This document shows positions 48,963 through 58,983 of a stretch of DNA of 64,000 nucleotides, one piece after another. Position 1 is the stretch's first letter, and each line of letters begins with the position of its first letter. The notes below the pieces were generated by a model, which was given only the letters and a program-made list of their open reading frames with translations, was not told the origin of the DNA and did not search any database. This DNA comes from an uncultured Lachnospiraceae bacterium (GTDB lineage Bacteria > Bacillota > Clostridia > Lachnospirales > Lachnospiraceae), in NCBI GenBank assembly GCA_947165275.1, contig CAMUZQ010000005.1:15110-79109 (forward strand), written 5' to 3'. The position numbers were made by a program, and so were the translations under genes.

Positions 48963-48990
48963 ATAATATATCACTTTGCCGGAATGTCAA
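48963..48990 (-). promoter_or_regulatory. Predicted orphan sigma-A promoter
   Basis: TTGACA (48985-48990)-16 bp-TATTAT (48963-48968) with no downstream minus-strand gene. Confidence 0.5.
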
Positions 48991-49052
48991 CAATCCGCAT
49001 TTTTCACAAGCTTTACGGCGTTTGCCGGGCTTTTTTGTGCAAAACTACTGAT

Positions 49053-49097
49053 AAATACGGCATTTTTCCTGTATTCCGGCCCGCAGATGCCGTATTT
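49053..49097 (-). terminator. Hairpin downstream of ftsH
   Basis: AAATACGGCAT / ATGCCGTATTT 11-bp stem with a 23-nt loop. Confidence 0.5.
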
Positions 49098-50917
49098 CAG
49101 CCCTCCCACAGTGCATTAAATTCATACATATCTATCTTTTCCTTTGTCAGGAGCAGCTCTGCAGTACGGTCAAGTATGTCTTTATGCTCACCGATTATGG
49201 ACCTTGCCTTCTCATGACATTCGGCAATGATACGCTTAACCTCTATATCGATCTCACGCAGGGTTTCCTCTGACATGCTCCTGCCATGAGCCAGATCTCT
49301 GCCTATGAAGACCTCCTCATCATCCTCGTCAAAGCTCATGACACCTATCTTGTCACTCATTCCATAGGTGGTCACCATCCTTCTGGCCAGCTTCGTAGCC
49401 TGTTTGAAATCCTGTGAAGCCCCGGTTGTCACATCATCCTGACCGAAGATGATCTCTTCCGCCACCCTGCCTCCTAGATCAACTACGATCTGATTCAGCA
49501 TCTTTGATCTTGTACGGAACATTTCATCCTTTTCCGGAAGAGGCATGGTATATCCTGCTGCTCCCATCCCTGTAGGTATTATAGATATGCTGTATACAGG
49601 CCCCACGCCTGGCAGCACATGGAAGAGGATCGCATGTCCGGCCTCGTGATAAGCCGTGATACGCTTCTCTTCATCAGATATGAGCTTGCTCCGCTTTTCA
49701 CTTCCTATCCCGACCTTTACGAAGGAAGCCTTTATATCAGCCTGAGTGATATAGGAACGGTTCTCCTTCGCTGTCTTTATTGCGGCTTCATTAAGAAGAT
49801 TCTCCAGATCGGCACCTGTGAAGCCGGCCGTGGTCTGTGCTATCTGCTTAAGATCCACATCATCCCCAAGAGGTTTATTCTTTGCATGGACCTTTAATAT
49901 ATCCTCCCGTCCGCGTACATCCGGCGCACCGACTCCCACCTTCCGGTCGAAACGGCCGGGTCTCATGATAGCGGGATCGAGGATATCGACACGGTTTGTA
50001 GCTGCCATTACTATGATCCCCTCGTTTACGCCGAATCCGTCCATTTCCACAAGAAGCTGATTCAGGGTCTGCTCTCTCTCATCATGTCCGCCTCCGAGAC
50101 CTGTTCCACGGCGTCTTGCCACAGCGTCTATCTCATCTATGAACACTATACAGGGTGAATTCTTTTTCGCATCGGCAAAAAGGTCTCTCACCCTCGAAGC
50201 ACCGACACCAACGAACATTTCCACAAAATCAGAGCCGGATATGGAAAAGAAAGGCACCCCGGCTTCACCGGCAACTGCCTTTGCGAGCAGAGTCTTTCCG
50301 GTTCCGGGAGGACCTACGAGTATGACTCCTTTTGGTATCCTGGCTCCCACAGATGTGTATTTGGAAGGATCCTTTAAGAAATCCACTATCTCTTCCAGAT
50401 CCTCCTTCTCTTCAACAAGGCCGGCTACATCCTTGAAGGAGATCTCAGTCTGCCCCGGAGCCACCATACGGGCCCTGCTCTTTCCGAAGTTGAGCATCCT
50501 TCCTCCGCCTGAAGCCGCCGCGCTCTGTGAATTCATTATGGCCATTATTATCATGACCACCACTACCGACAGGACAACAGGTATCCCGTAGGTTAATAGA
50601 ATACTCTCCCTCTTTACCTCATCTTCATTATAAGACGGGAAGAGCTCCTTCATCTCCTCCTCAACCTCTGTGATATCGGACACATAGAGTCTGTGCGTCT
50701 GACCGTTTTTCAGAGTAACTGTTACATCTCCTGTAGGTGTCTCCGAATTCGGTGATATCAATACTCCTGTTACATCCTTATTATTCAGATCCTCCAGGAA
50801 GGTCTTGTAGTTATAGGTATCCCTGGGCTCTATATCAGTAGACATGTAGGAAATCAGCAGCAGGATAGCTGCTACAATGATAAAATACAGGCCTATGCCT
50901 TTGTTTGAATTTTTCAA
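49097..50917 (-). CDS. ftsH: ATP-dependent zinc metalloprotease FtsH
   Basis: Two TM helices, [21 protein letters not shown] and HEAGH. Confidence 0.98.
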   Translation of the reverse strand: MKNSNKGIGLYFIIVAAILLLISYMSTDIEPRDTYNYKTFLEDLNNKDVTGVLISPNSETPTGDVTVTLKNGQTHRLYVSDITEVEEEMKELFPSYNEDEVKRESILLTYGIPVVLSVVVVMIIMAIMNSQSAAASGGGRMLNFGKSRARMVAPGQTEISFKDVAGLVEEKEDLEEIVDFLKDPSKYTSVGARIPKGVILVGPPGTGKTLLAKAVAGEAGVPFFSISGSDFVEMFVGVGASRVRDLFADAKKNSPCIVFIDEIDAVARRRGTGLGGGHDEREQTLNQLLVEMDGFGVNEGIIVMAATNRVDILDPAIMRPGRFDRKVGVGAPDVRGREDILKVHAKNKPLGDDVDLKQIAQTTAGFTGADLENLLNEAAIKTAKENRSYITQADIKASFVKVGIGSEKRSKLISDEEKRITAYHEAGHAILFHVLPGVGPVYSISIIPTGMGAAGYTMPLPEKDEMFRTRSKMLNQIVVDLGGRVAEEIIFGQDDVTTGASQDFKQATKLARRMVTTYGMSDKIGVMSFDEDDEEVFIGRDLAHGRSMSEETLREIDIEVKRIIAECHEKARSIIGEHKDILDRTAELLLTKEKIDMYEFNALWEG

Positions 50918-50921
50918 GTTT

Positions 50922-51449
50922 TTACCCCTCCGGCTCCACTACACCAATATAAGGCAGATTTCTGTATTTCTGCGCATAATCCAGTCCGTATCCGACTATA
51001 AACTTATCGGGTATCACAAATCCTGTATAATCAATGTCCACATCGGTGACACGACGGTCCGGCTTATCAAGCAGCGCACAGAGCTTGACCTCTGCAGGTC
51101 CTCTGTTTTTTAGCACATCCAGCAGATAGTGCATCGTCCGGCCGGTGTCTATGATATCCTCGACTACAAGGATATTCTTATCCCTTATGGGACGATCGAG
51201 ATCGAGATCTATCTTCACGACCCCGGAGCTTTCCGTTTCATTACCATAGCTTGAGCAGCGCATGTATTCCATCTCCACCGGAACTGTGATACGCTTTGCC
51301 AGCTCACAGGCAAAGGTAACGGCACCCTTCAGGATACAGACCATGGTTATGGTCCTGCCCTTATATTCTTCGGATATCTGTCTGCCAAGCTCTGCTATCC
51401 TGCTGTCTACCTCTTCTTCCGTAAACATAGTTGTAATTTTGTCAGCCAT
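50922..51449 (-). CDS. hpt: Hypoxanthine phosphoribosyltransferase
   Basis: [17 protein letters not shown] and FIVGYGLD. Confidence 0.96.
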   Translation of the reverse strand: MADKITTMFTEEEVDSRIAELGRQISEEYKGRTITMVCILKGAVTFACELAKRITVPVEMEYMRCSSYGNETESSGVVKIDLDLDRPIRDKNILVVEDIIDTGRTMHYLLDVLKNRGPAEVKLCALLDKPDRRVTDVDIDYTGFVIPDKFIVGYGLDYAQKYRNLPYIGVVEPEG

Positions 51450-52803
51450 TTTTTATCTCCATTTTCAATATTTTTTCTGAACCTTCAGTTACCTTGAATC
51501 TCTCTCCTATCCGTCCCGTGTCCGGTATCCAGACTATTTCAGAACCAACGGTAACAAAATACATTTCCTCCCTCTTTTCCGAAGGGATCCTGTCTTCTAT
51601 CAAAAGATCCTTCAGTTTTTTATTACCGCCCCTGATCGATATATGATCTCCTGGCATCCTGTGACGTACTGATAGAACAGACACGCCATTTATTTTATCA
51701 TAATCTATATATTTCGTGTAGATATCACCTGCTTTTATTTCCTCTGCGGCCACCTTTTTCCTGTCCAGGATCTCAAATCCCAGCACAGGCTTCATCTGCA
51801 ATGAAGGAAGCTCGTATTTACCGCCCCTTCGTATCACTACGGTCCTGAATTCCCTGGATGCTGTTATTCCGTAGATAAGCTTCACATGCCGGCCGGACTG
51901 GCCTTTGGCTATTGAAAGCACTGCCTCTATATGCTTCCTTCCTATATCTCTGGCTTTTCCGGATACGCTGATGAGCGCTTTTTTGACCACTCTGGAAGCT
52001 ATGATACTGTGAAAGGTTTCAAATCTGTCCAGATCGATCCTTAACACGCCCTTATCCTCTGTCTCATCCCGAAGGATACATTCCTCAAAGGCCTTCCCGG
52101 TCATCTGATCCAGATAATCCTCTGTTTCCGTCAGCTCCGCCGCTGTTTCACATATATGCTCCGTGGCTTTTTCATTAAGCCCTGACAGCTCCGGGATAAC
52201 TGTATGACGGATCCGGTTCCTTGTTATATCCAGATCCGAGTTGGTCAGATCCTGTCTGTATTCTATATGCTTCTGCCGGCAGTATTCCTCAGTATCCTGT
52301 CTGGTGATGCAGAGTAAGGGCCTGATATATCTGTCCCTTACCGGGATCATTCCGCGCAATCCGCGGAGTCCGGTTCCGCGCAGGGCATTGAATATAAATG
52401 TCTCTGCCTGGTCATCCATATGATGCGCCAGAGCGATCCTGTCAGCATCAAGGCTTTCAAACACACGGTACCTTTCATTCCTGGCAGCCTCTTCAAGTGT
52501 GGTTCCTGTCATCTCAGACACTCCTGCGGCATCGACCGATTCGACTATGACCGGGATACTGAGCTTCGCGCATTCGTTTTTTACATAAGCCATATCGTCG
52601 ACCGATTCCTGACCTCTTATACCATGCTCAACGTGGACCGCAGACAATGAAAAGTCCATATCCCCTGACAGCTCCTTCAGCAAAAAAAGAAGGCACATGC
52701 TGTCCGCGCCCCCTGACACCGCCACATACACATGATCTCCCGGATTTATCATTTCATGACGGCAGATATAATCTCTGACCCTTTTTTTAATATCATTTAC
52801 CAT
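51442..52803 (-). CDS. tilS: tRNA(Ile)-lysidine synthetase
   Basis: AVSGGADS, EEAARNERY, AHHMDDQAET and IRPLL; tilS-hpt-ftsH synteny. Confidence 0.95.
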   Translation of the reverse strand: MVNDIKKRVRDYICRHEMINPGDHVYVAVSGGADSMCLLFLLKELSGDMDFSLSAVHVEHGIRGQESVDDMAYVKNECAKLSIPVIVESVDAAGVSEMTGTTLEEAARNERYRVFESLDADRIALAHHMDDQAETFIFNALRGTGLRGLRGMIPVRDRYIRPLLCITRQDTEEYCRQKHIEYRQDLTNSDLDITRNRIRHTVIPELSGLNEKATEHICETAAELTETEDYLDQMTGKAFEECILRDETEDKGVLRIDLDRFETFHSIIASRVVKKALISVSGKARDIGRKHIEAVLSIAKGQSGRHVKLIYGITASREFRTVVIRRGGKYELPSLQMKPVLGFEILDRKKVAAEEIKAGDIYTKYIDYDKINGVSVLSVRHRMPGDHISIRGGNKKLKDLLIEDRIPSEKREEMYFVTVGSEIVWIPDTGRIGERFKVTEGSEKILKMEIKNG

Positions 52804-53140
52804 CTTCTGTTTTGAATATTATTTCATTTTCGTGTACCAGCCCCAGCTTTTTCTTGGCCATCTCCTCGGCAAATTTCTTTGTCCTGGTATATTTTTCAAA
52901 TTCCTCCAGCTCCTCTGTCCTTGCCTGCTCCATTTCCAGCTGGGCGGTAAGCTCCGCTTCCTTTTCTTTTAAGGCCCTGTTCTTTTCCATCAGGGTCTTG
53001 CTGTCAACACTGATGACGACAAGCAGCAGCCCCACTATGATGATGATGGCAAAAACAGAGAGTCTGTTCTTTCTGACTCTCCTGTACATGGCTGCTTTTC
53101 GTTTATGCTGTTTCTTTCCATTTTTATTATTATTATACAT
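52793..53140 (-). CDS. Septum formation initiator (DivIC/FtsB family)
   Basis: Basic N-terminus, TM, coiled coil, AKKKLGLVHENEIIF. Confidence 0.8.
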   Translation of the reverse strand: MYNNNKNGKKQHKRKAAMYRRVRKNRLSVFAIIIIVGLLLVVISVDSKTLMEKNRALKEKEAELTAQLEMEQARTEELEEFEKYTRTKKFAEEMAKKKLGLVHENEIIFKTEDGK

Positions 53141-53292
53141 GGCTGTCTTAAATTGATATAATTATGTTAACGATAACACATGCCGCTATTTATTGCAAGA
53201 TTTTACATGATCCTGTACCATGTGATATAATTTATTTTGTATCTGTATTTTTGTAGATGCAAAATTTTTTATTGTTTTATGGAGGAAAGATC

Positions 53293-53640
53293 ATGTCATT
53301 TACAGATGCTGTCAAGTCATGTTTTTCACAATACGCAGGATTCAACGGAAGAGCACGCCGCAGCGAATACTGGTTCTGGTATTTATTCTCAGCAATTGTA
53401 GGCTCTGTGGTATCGATAATCGCGAAGAACACTTCCGATCTTGTCTCTTTAGTGCCGCTTGTGATACTTGTGCCTTCGCTGGCTGTTGAGTTCCGCAGGC
53501 TTCATGACACCGGAAGATCCGGAGCCTTCGTATTATTAAATTTTATTCCTTTAATAGGACAGATCATTCTCATCATCTTCTGTGTCCAGGATTCACAGCC
53601 CGGTGAGAATAAATACGGACCTAATCCAAAGGGTATGTGA
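53293..53640 (+). CDS. DUF805 family membrane protein
   Basis: FNGRARRSEYW, RRLHDTGRSG and NKYGPNP; start moved to ATG 53293. Confidence 0.9.
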   Translation: MSFTDAVKSCFSQYAGFNGRARRSEYWFWYLFSAIVGSVVSIIAKNTSDLVSLVPLVILVPSLAVEFRRLHDTGRSGAFVLLNFIPLIGQIILIIFCVQDSQPGENKYGPNPKGM

Positions 53641-53657
53641 CACTCATCAGGGGGAAT

Positions 53658-54158
53658 ATGTACACACTTGACAAGGATAATGTAAGAGAAATAACAGAGA
53701 GCTGCGTCAGCGGATCGGAGTTTCAGCTCCATGCTCTGTATGCTTTTCGTTTTATGACGGAAAATGTCTATAGCCCGATAGGTGTTGATATGTCATTCTC
53801 TACTGACGGCAAAGACGGGATATCATCAGGACTCTACCAGAAGATCACCGGAGACAGATCCTATTATCTGGGCTTCATTGATCTGCATGGCGGTCTTGTT
53901 ACGATAGCAAAGGGCTTTGCCGGAGAAGAATTTGAAAATGATACCGAATTTATCAGGGATGCAACAGGCGAATTCATCAACAGGATCAATGGGGAATTTG
54001 TCATAGAGTCCTCAAAGTCCGGTATCATGCTGGATATGGAGCCTCAGCTTTTCCTTGAGGAGGATGAGGCTGCTTCCGTGATAAAACCGGTGAAAATCCT
54101 GCATATCCCTATCGCCATAGGCGGATCCGAGGTGGAAATGCTTTTTGTCAAGGTTTGA
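53658..54158 (+). CDS. CheX/CheC-like phosphatase-fold protein
   Basis: QKITGD and DATGEFINRING (ExxN) followed by LDMEP; start at ATG 53658. Confidence 0.55.
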   Translation: MYTLDKDNVREITESCVSGSEFQLHALYAFRFMTENVYSPIGVDMSFSTDGKDGISSGLYQKITGDRSYYLGFIDLHGGLVTIAKGFAGEEFENDTEFIRDATGEFINRINGEFVIESSKSGIMLDMEPQLFLEEDEAASVIKPVKILHIPIAIGGSEVEMLFVKV

Positions 54159-55428
54159 GTATCTCCTCTCTCATGGGTCCGACGAGATACAGGCTCCCAC
54201 AGATCACAGTAGCTGCGGTTTCATGCCGCAGCTTTTTTATTGCCACGCAGGCCTCCTCCGTGCCGGCCGCAGGTATGATATCCATACCCGGAGACACGGC
54301 CTCTATGGCCTCCGTAAGCTCGCCTGCAGACAGGCTCCTGGGATTATCAACCTTACACGCTATGACCTTCGCGGCAAAGGGGAGCAGCAGACTCAGCATT
54401 TCTCTGTATTGCTTATCCCTCAGGATCCCCATACAAAAGGTAAGGCGTTTATTCCCGAAATATCTCTCCAGGGACTCTGCAAGCGCCTTCGCTCCATCTG
54501 CGTTATGGGCTCCGTCTGCTATGATGAAGGGATCCTTTTCGAGGATCTCAAATCTTCCGGGCCAGACCGCCTTCTCTATCCCCAGGGATATACTGCTCTC
54601 TGAGATAAACGGCAGATCTTTTCTTAAAAGCCCTGCCGCCTGTATAGCAAGAGAAGCATTGTCTGTCTCATAGAGTCCTCTCATCACGGTCCGGTATGTC
54701 ACTCCCTTGAGAATAAAAGTCTGACCTTCTGAAAGGGAGGCTTCTGATGCTTCAGGAAGCTCTGCTGTGATCAGCTCAGCGTTCTTATTCCGGCATTCTC
54801 CCTCAAACACGTCCATAATGTCTTTTTCCGCAGGATAGACCAGCACCCTGCCGCCGGGCTTTATTATGGCTGCCTTCTCTCCTGCTATAAGGGGAAGAGT
54901 ATCTCCAAGATACTGCATATGATCAAAGCTTATCTTTGTGATGACAGAAAGCAGCGAGGAGCTGATCACATTTGTCGCATCAAGCCTCCCTCCAAGTCCT
55001 GTCTCCAATATAACAGCATCCACTGCCCTGTCTGAAAAATAACAAAACGCCATGGCAAGCACAAGCTCAAACTCGGATGGACTTCCCATAGCATGCTCTG
55101 ACATATATTCGGCGGCTTCACGTACTTTTGTCGCATAGAATGCCGTGTCGTTTTCCCGGATCTCCTCCTGACCTATCCGTATCCTCTCGGAAAAACGAAC
55201 CAGCTCAGGAGATGTATAAAAACCTGTCCTGTATCCGGAGGTCTCCAATATCGACAGCAGACAGGCCGCCACACTTCCCTTTCCGTTCGTTCCGGCGATA
55301 TGTATGATCTTTAATCTGTCCTGGGGATTTCCGAGAAGCGACATGAGCGCAGTGATATTATCAAGTCCCAGCCTTGTGCCGAAGGCCGCCGTCTCCCTGA
55401 TATACCGTACAGCCTCGTCGTACGTCAT
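54148..55428 (-). CDS. folC: Folylpolyglutamate synthase / dihydrofolate synthase
   Basis: HIAGTNGKGS, YTSP, LETGLGGRLDATN, WPGRFE and DGAHN. Confidence 0.95.
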   Translation of the reverse strand: MTYDEAVRYIRETAAFGTRLGLDNITALMSLLGNPQDRLKIIHIAGTNGKGSVAACLLSILETSGYRTGFYTSPELVRFSERIRIGQEEIRENDTAFYATKVREAAEYMSEHAMGSPSEFELVLAMAFCYFSDRAVDAVILETGLGGRLDATNVISSSLLSVITKISFDHMQYLGDTLPLIAGEKAAIIKPGGRVLVYPAEKDIMDVFEGECRNKNAELITAELPEASEASLSEGQTFILKGVTYRTVMRGLYETDNASLAIQAAGLLRKDLPFISESSISLGIEKAVWPGRFEILEKDPFIIADGAHNADGAKALAESLERYFGNKRLTFCMGILRDKQYREMLSLLLPFAAKVIACKVDNPRSLSAGELTEAIEAVSPGMDIIPAAGTEEACVAIKKLRHETAATVICGSLYLVGPMREEILKP

Positions 55429-55931
55429 GCAAGATGCGTCCTTGACAGATTTACGGAAGGACGTATGACCGCGATGAGAAGAGCCGAATTTATGGGAAAC
55501 ATTATGATCACCTTGAGAAGTCTGGACATAAACAGCGGAACAAAGGCATTTCCATAAAGGAGCATCAGCCAGACAGGAGTCAGTATGAGCGAAACGATAA
55601 AAGTATCAAGGAGCTGCGCTGCCAGTATCCTGCCCACGCTCTGATCCTTTTTCAAAAGAAGTCCGTAGATCACGCCCTGGATTACAGATGACAGCGTAAA
55701 GCCGGGAAAAAAGGGCCCCGTAGGTCTGACAATATAACACAGGATATCCGACAGACCGCCTAATATGCCCCCGTACAGCGGACCGAAAAGCACTCCCTCT
55801 ACAGCCACCGGTAAAAACTGCAGTCTTATCTCCGCTATCTGGGAAATGGGTATCTTGAAAAACCCGAATATCACCGATACAGCAAGCAGCATGGCTGAAA
55901 TTGTAAGTCTCTGGATCATTCTTTTCTGCAT
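55425..55931 (-). CDS. folT: Folate-family ECF transporter S component
   Basis: LFGPLYGGILGGLSDIL and PTGPFFPGFT; hydrophobic. Confidence 0.8.
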   Translation of the reverse strand: MQKRMIQRLTISAMLLAVSVIFGFFKIPISQIAEIRLQFLPVAVEGVLFGPLYGGILGGLSDILCYIVRPTGPFFPGFTLSSVIQGVIYGLLLKKDQSVGRILAAQLLDTFIVSLILTPVWLMLLYGNAFVPLFMSRLLKVIIMFPINSALLIAVIRPSVNLSRTHLA

Positions 55932-55944
55932 TTTGTTTCCCTCT

Positions 55945-56871
55945 TTACAGCAGACCTATGATACTCCTGATATCATGTGTTTTTGTATCTGTCAGATATT
56001 TCTCCATCCCGTTTATTATATCCGTGACCGCATCCGGCTTTGTAAAATTCACCATACCGACAGCAACCATTACTGCCCCTGCCATCATCATCTCTATGGC
56101 ATCTTCGGCTGTCGCTATACCTCCCATGCCTATCACCGGGATCTTTACCGCGTGGCTTGCTTCATAGACCATTCTCACGGCTATAGGATGTATAGCAGGT
56201 CCGGACAGCCCTCCTGTCCTGTTTCCCAGCACAAATCTCCGTCTGTAAATGTCTATCTTCATAGCGGTAAATGTATTTATCAGGGAGATCCCGTCTGCTC
56301 CCCCCTGCTCAGCCGCCTTTGCCATCTCGGCAATGCTGGTCACATTCGGGGTAAGCTTCATGATCACAGGTTTATTCTTTGCCTTGGACCTGCATTTTCC
56401 CGTTACTTCCGTAAGCATGCCGGGATCGGTCCCGAACTGGATCGCTCCCTGCTTCACGTTCGGACAGGAAACATTGATCTCCAGCATCTCAACCCTGTCA
56501 TCATCAGCAAGCCTCTCGACCACGGCTTCATATTCCTCCACGCTGTGGCCGCATACATTTACTATTACTGGAACATCATATCCTGCCAGAAACTTAAGAT
56601 CCCTCTCAATAAATACATCTACTCCGGGATTCTGAAGCCCTATCGCATTCATCATCCCCGAAGGAGTCTCGGTGACACGCGGTGTGGGATTTCCCTCCCA
56701 GGGTTTGTCCGACACACCCTTTGTTGTGACCGCTCCAAGTGTATTCAGATCCACAAACCGTGAATACTCCAGTCCGGAACCGAAGGTTCCCGATGCAACA
56801 GTCACGGGATTCCTGAAATGATGTCCCGCAAAATCAATTCCCAGATCAGGTCTGCTCTCCTGCGTGCTCAT
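55945..56871 (-). CDS. pyrD: Dihydroorotate dehydrogenase B, catalytic subunit
   Basis: ASGTFG, NAIGLQNPG, EINVSCPN, KLTPN and GGLSGPAI; start moved to ATG 56871. Confidence 0.95.
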   Translation of the reverse strand: MSTQESRPDLGIDFAGHHFRNPVTVASGTFGSGLEYSRFVDLNTLGAVTTKGVSDKPWEGNPTPRVTETPSGMMNAIGLQNPGVDVFIERDLKFLAGYDVPVIVNVCGHSVEEYEAVVERLADDDRVEMLEINVSCPNVKQGAIQFGTDPGMLTEVTGKCRSKAKNKPVIMKLTPNVTSIAEMAKAAEQGGADGISLINTFTAMKIDIYRRRFVLGNRTGGLSGPAIHPIAVRMVYEASHAVKIPVIGMGGIATAEDAIEMMMAGAVMVAVGMVNFTKPDAVTDIINGMEKYLTDTKTHDIRSIIGLL

Positions 56872-56872
56872 A

Positions 56873-57700
56873 TCATATCTCCACATCTTTGATGTCAAAA
56901 ACCGGTCCCTCTGTACAGATCCTCGCATTATATACATGGCTGTGAGGATCCTTTTCCGCAGTCCTTACGACACAGCCAAGACAGACTCCCACTCCGCATG
57001 CCATATGCTCTTCCAGACTGACATATGCCGGTATACTCCGCTCCGTTGAATATCTTTTAACCGCTGACAGCATCGGCATGGGACCGCATGCATATATCAG
57101 ATCCGCCCGGATACCTGAGCTGTCCATAGCATCAAGCACATTTCCCCGTATACCCTCAGATCCGTCATCAGTCGCTATAAGGGTCTCAATTCCAATCCTC
57201 CTGAAATCATCCGCGAGAAAATGATCAAGACTGCTGTCCCTGTAACCCAGTATGACTGTGATGCTTCCGGGAATATCCTTTCTCTCTGCAAGCTTTTTTG
57301 CGAGGAATAACAGAGATGGCGCGCCAAGCCCTCCTCCCAGCAGTACTATATCCCTGCCCTTCAGCAGGTCATCATCTGAAGGATATCCATGTCCCAGGGG
57401 GCCCTCGATAAATAAAATGTCATTTTTTTCACAGGATGCTATCTCGCGGGTTCCGCTCCCTGCTATGCGGAAGACTATGCTGAGCCTCTGCCCTGCATCT
57501 CCGCTCCCGGCAGATGTGACATCAGCTATACAGATGGGTCTTCCGAGAAGCTTTGCCCCGTCCGGAGGATAGACAAGAATAAACTGTCCCGGCTCTGCCG
57601 AACTGCACAGATCCGTTTCAAAAGACAATCTGTATATATCCGGAGCGAGAAGCTCCTTCTCCGTTATCCTCGATCTTTTTCTTATTTTTTCCGTTTCCAT
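56873..57700 (-). CDS. pyrK: Dihydroorotate dehydrogenase electron-transfer subunit
   Basis: GPLGHG, GGGLG, ACGPMPML and MACGVGVCLGC...C [2Fe-2S] motif. Confidence 0.93.
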   Translation of the reverse strand: METEKIRKRSRITEKELLAPDIYRLSFETDLCSSAEPGQFILVYPPDGAKLLGRPICIADVTSAGSGDAGQRLSIVFRIAGSGTREIASCEKNDILFIEGPLGHGYPSDDDLLKGRDIVLLGGGLGAPSLLFLAKKLAERKDIPGSITVILGYRDSSLDHFLADDFRRIGIETLIATDDGSEGIRGNVLDAMDSSGIRADLIYACGPMPMLSAVKRYSTERSIPAYVSLEEHMACGVGVCLGCVVRTAEKDPHSHVYNARICTEGPVFDIKDVEI

Positions 57701-57717
57701 TGCTTTTTGTCTGCCGG

Positions 57718-58896
57718 TCAAAGCGCAGCCCTGTATATATTTTCCACATCAGCCGCCGTCAGGGGACGTATCCTGGACAGCTTTACAGTATCATCCATTG
57801 TCGCATGAAGCGCCAATGCCCGTATCTCTTCATCAGAAGGCGACTCAAGACCCAGCTCCTTCAATGAAACCGGCATGCCGATCTCCCTGAAAAAGTTCTC
57901 TGTCGCATTTATCCCGAGGATCGCTGCCTGCTCGTCGTCCGCTGTATCTATTCCCCAGACATTGCGCGCATAACCCGCAAATCTGCCTATCGCATCCCTG
58001 TAGAGATATCTGGCCCAGGAAGCCCAGACCGCAGAAAGCGTCGCTCCGTGTGTGTGATCATATTTCGCGGAAAGAGCCATCCCTATTTTATGCACGGAAA
58101 AGTCCTTGCCTCTCCCGAGCTCGGTCAGATTGTTGTGAGATAATGACGATGCCCACCAGATCTCAGCCATGGCGTCATAATCCGACCTGTCATTTAGGGC
58201 AAGCCTTCCGTTATCCCTTACGGTCTTTAATACACCTTCAGCTATACGGTCAGTGAGATCGCACTTGATATCAGGGATAAAATATCTCTCAAGAGTATGC
58301 ATCATGATATCCACGATGCCGTTCTTTAACTGCCAGTCAGGAAGACTGTCCGCAAGTGACGGATCCATTATGGCAAATACACAACGGTTGAATTCCGTAT
58401 TTATCCCCAGTTTTTTTCCTTCTGCTTCGTTCGTAAGTACGGCCGAGTCACTCATTTCCGATCCTGCCGCAGGTATGGTCAATACCGCCGCAACCTTTAA
58501 GGATCTCTCAAGGGGAACCTTTTTTGTCCAGATATCCCAAAGAGCATTATCCGGATTTGCCGCTCCGTGCGCTATTCCTTTAGCTGTATCTATTACCGAT
58601 CCGCCGCCCACGGCAAGGATAAGATCAGCTCCGGCCTCCGCTGCCTTTACTGCACCTTCCTCTGCATGAGCAAGTGTGGGATTTGCCTTTACTCCGCCGA
58701 AGGCAGTATGGACAAGCCCTGCTTTGTCAAGCGAGTCCTCCACCGTATCCAGAAGTCCGCTTTTTCTGACTCTTTCCGAGCCGTAAACAATAAAAACCTT
58801 TGATGCTCCGGCCTTAGCCGCAGCCTCTCCGGCCTTAACCGCCGTGTCCTTTCCAAATATGACCTCTGTCGGCGTATGATAGGTAAAATTCTGCAT
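57718..58896 (-). CDS. Iron-containing alcohol (butanol) dehydrogenase
   Basis: GVKANP, GGGSVIDTAK, LTIPAAGSE and THGATL; start moved to ATG 58896. Confidence 0.88.
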   Translation of the reverse strand: MQNFTYHTPTEVIFGKDTAVKAGEAAAKAGASKVFIVYGSERVRKSGLLDTVEDSLDKAGLVHTAFGGVKANPTLAHAEEGAVKAAEAGADLILAVGGGSVIDTAKGIAHGAANPDNALWDIWTKKVPLERSLKVAAVLTIPAAGSEMSDSAVLTNEAEGKKLGINTEFNRCVFAIMDPSLADSLPDWQLKNGIVDIMMHTLERYFIPDIKCDLTDRIAEGVLKTVRDNGRLALNDRSDYDAMAEIWWASSLSHNNLTELGRGKDFSVHKIGMALSAKYDHTHGATLSAVWASWARYLYRDAIGRFAGYARNVWGIDTADDEQAAILGINATENFFREIGMPVSLKELGLESPSDEEIRALALHATMDDTVKLSRIRPLTAADVENIYRAAL

Positions 58897-58983
58897 GGCA
58901 TCTCCTTTCGTGTAAATTGGCAATTAATTTCGTCAGCGATTATAAAAACTGTCCGGGCAGAAGTGGTATTACAAAGTGACAGT

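Noticed and set aside
55765-56763. 332-aa plus-strand ORF
   Set aside because: Antisense shadow of pyrD/folT
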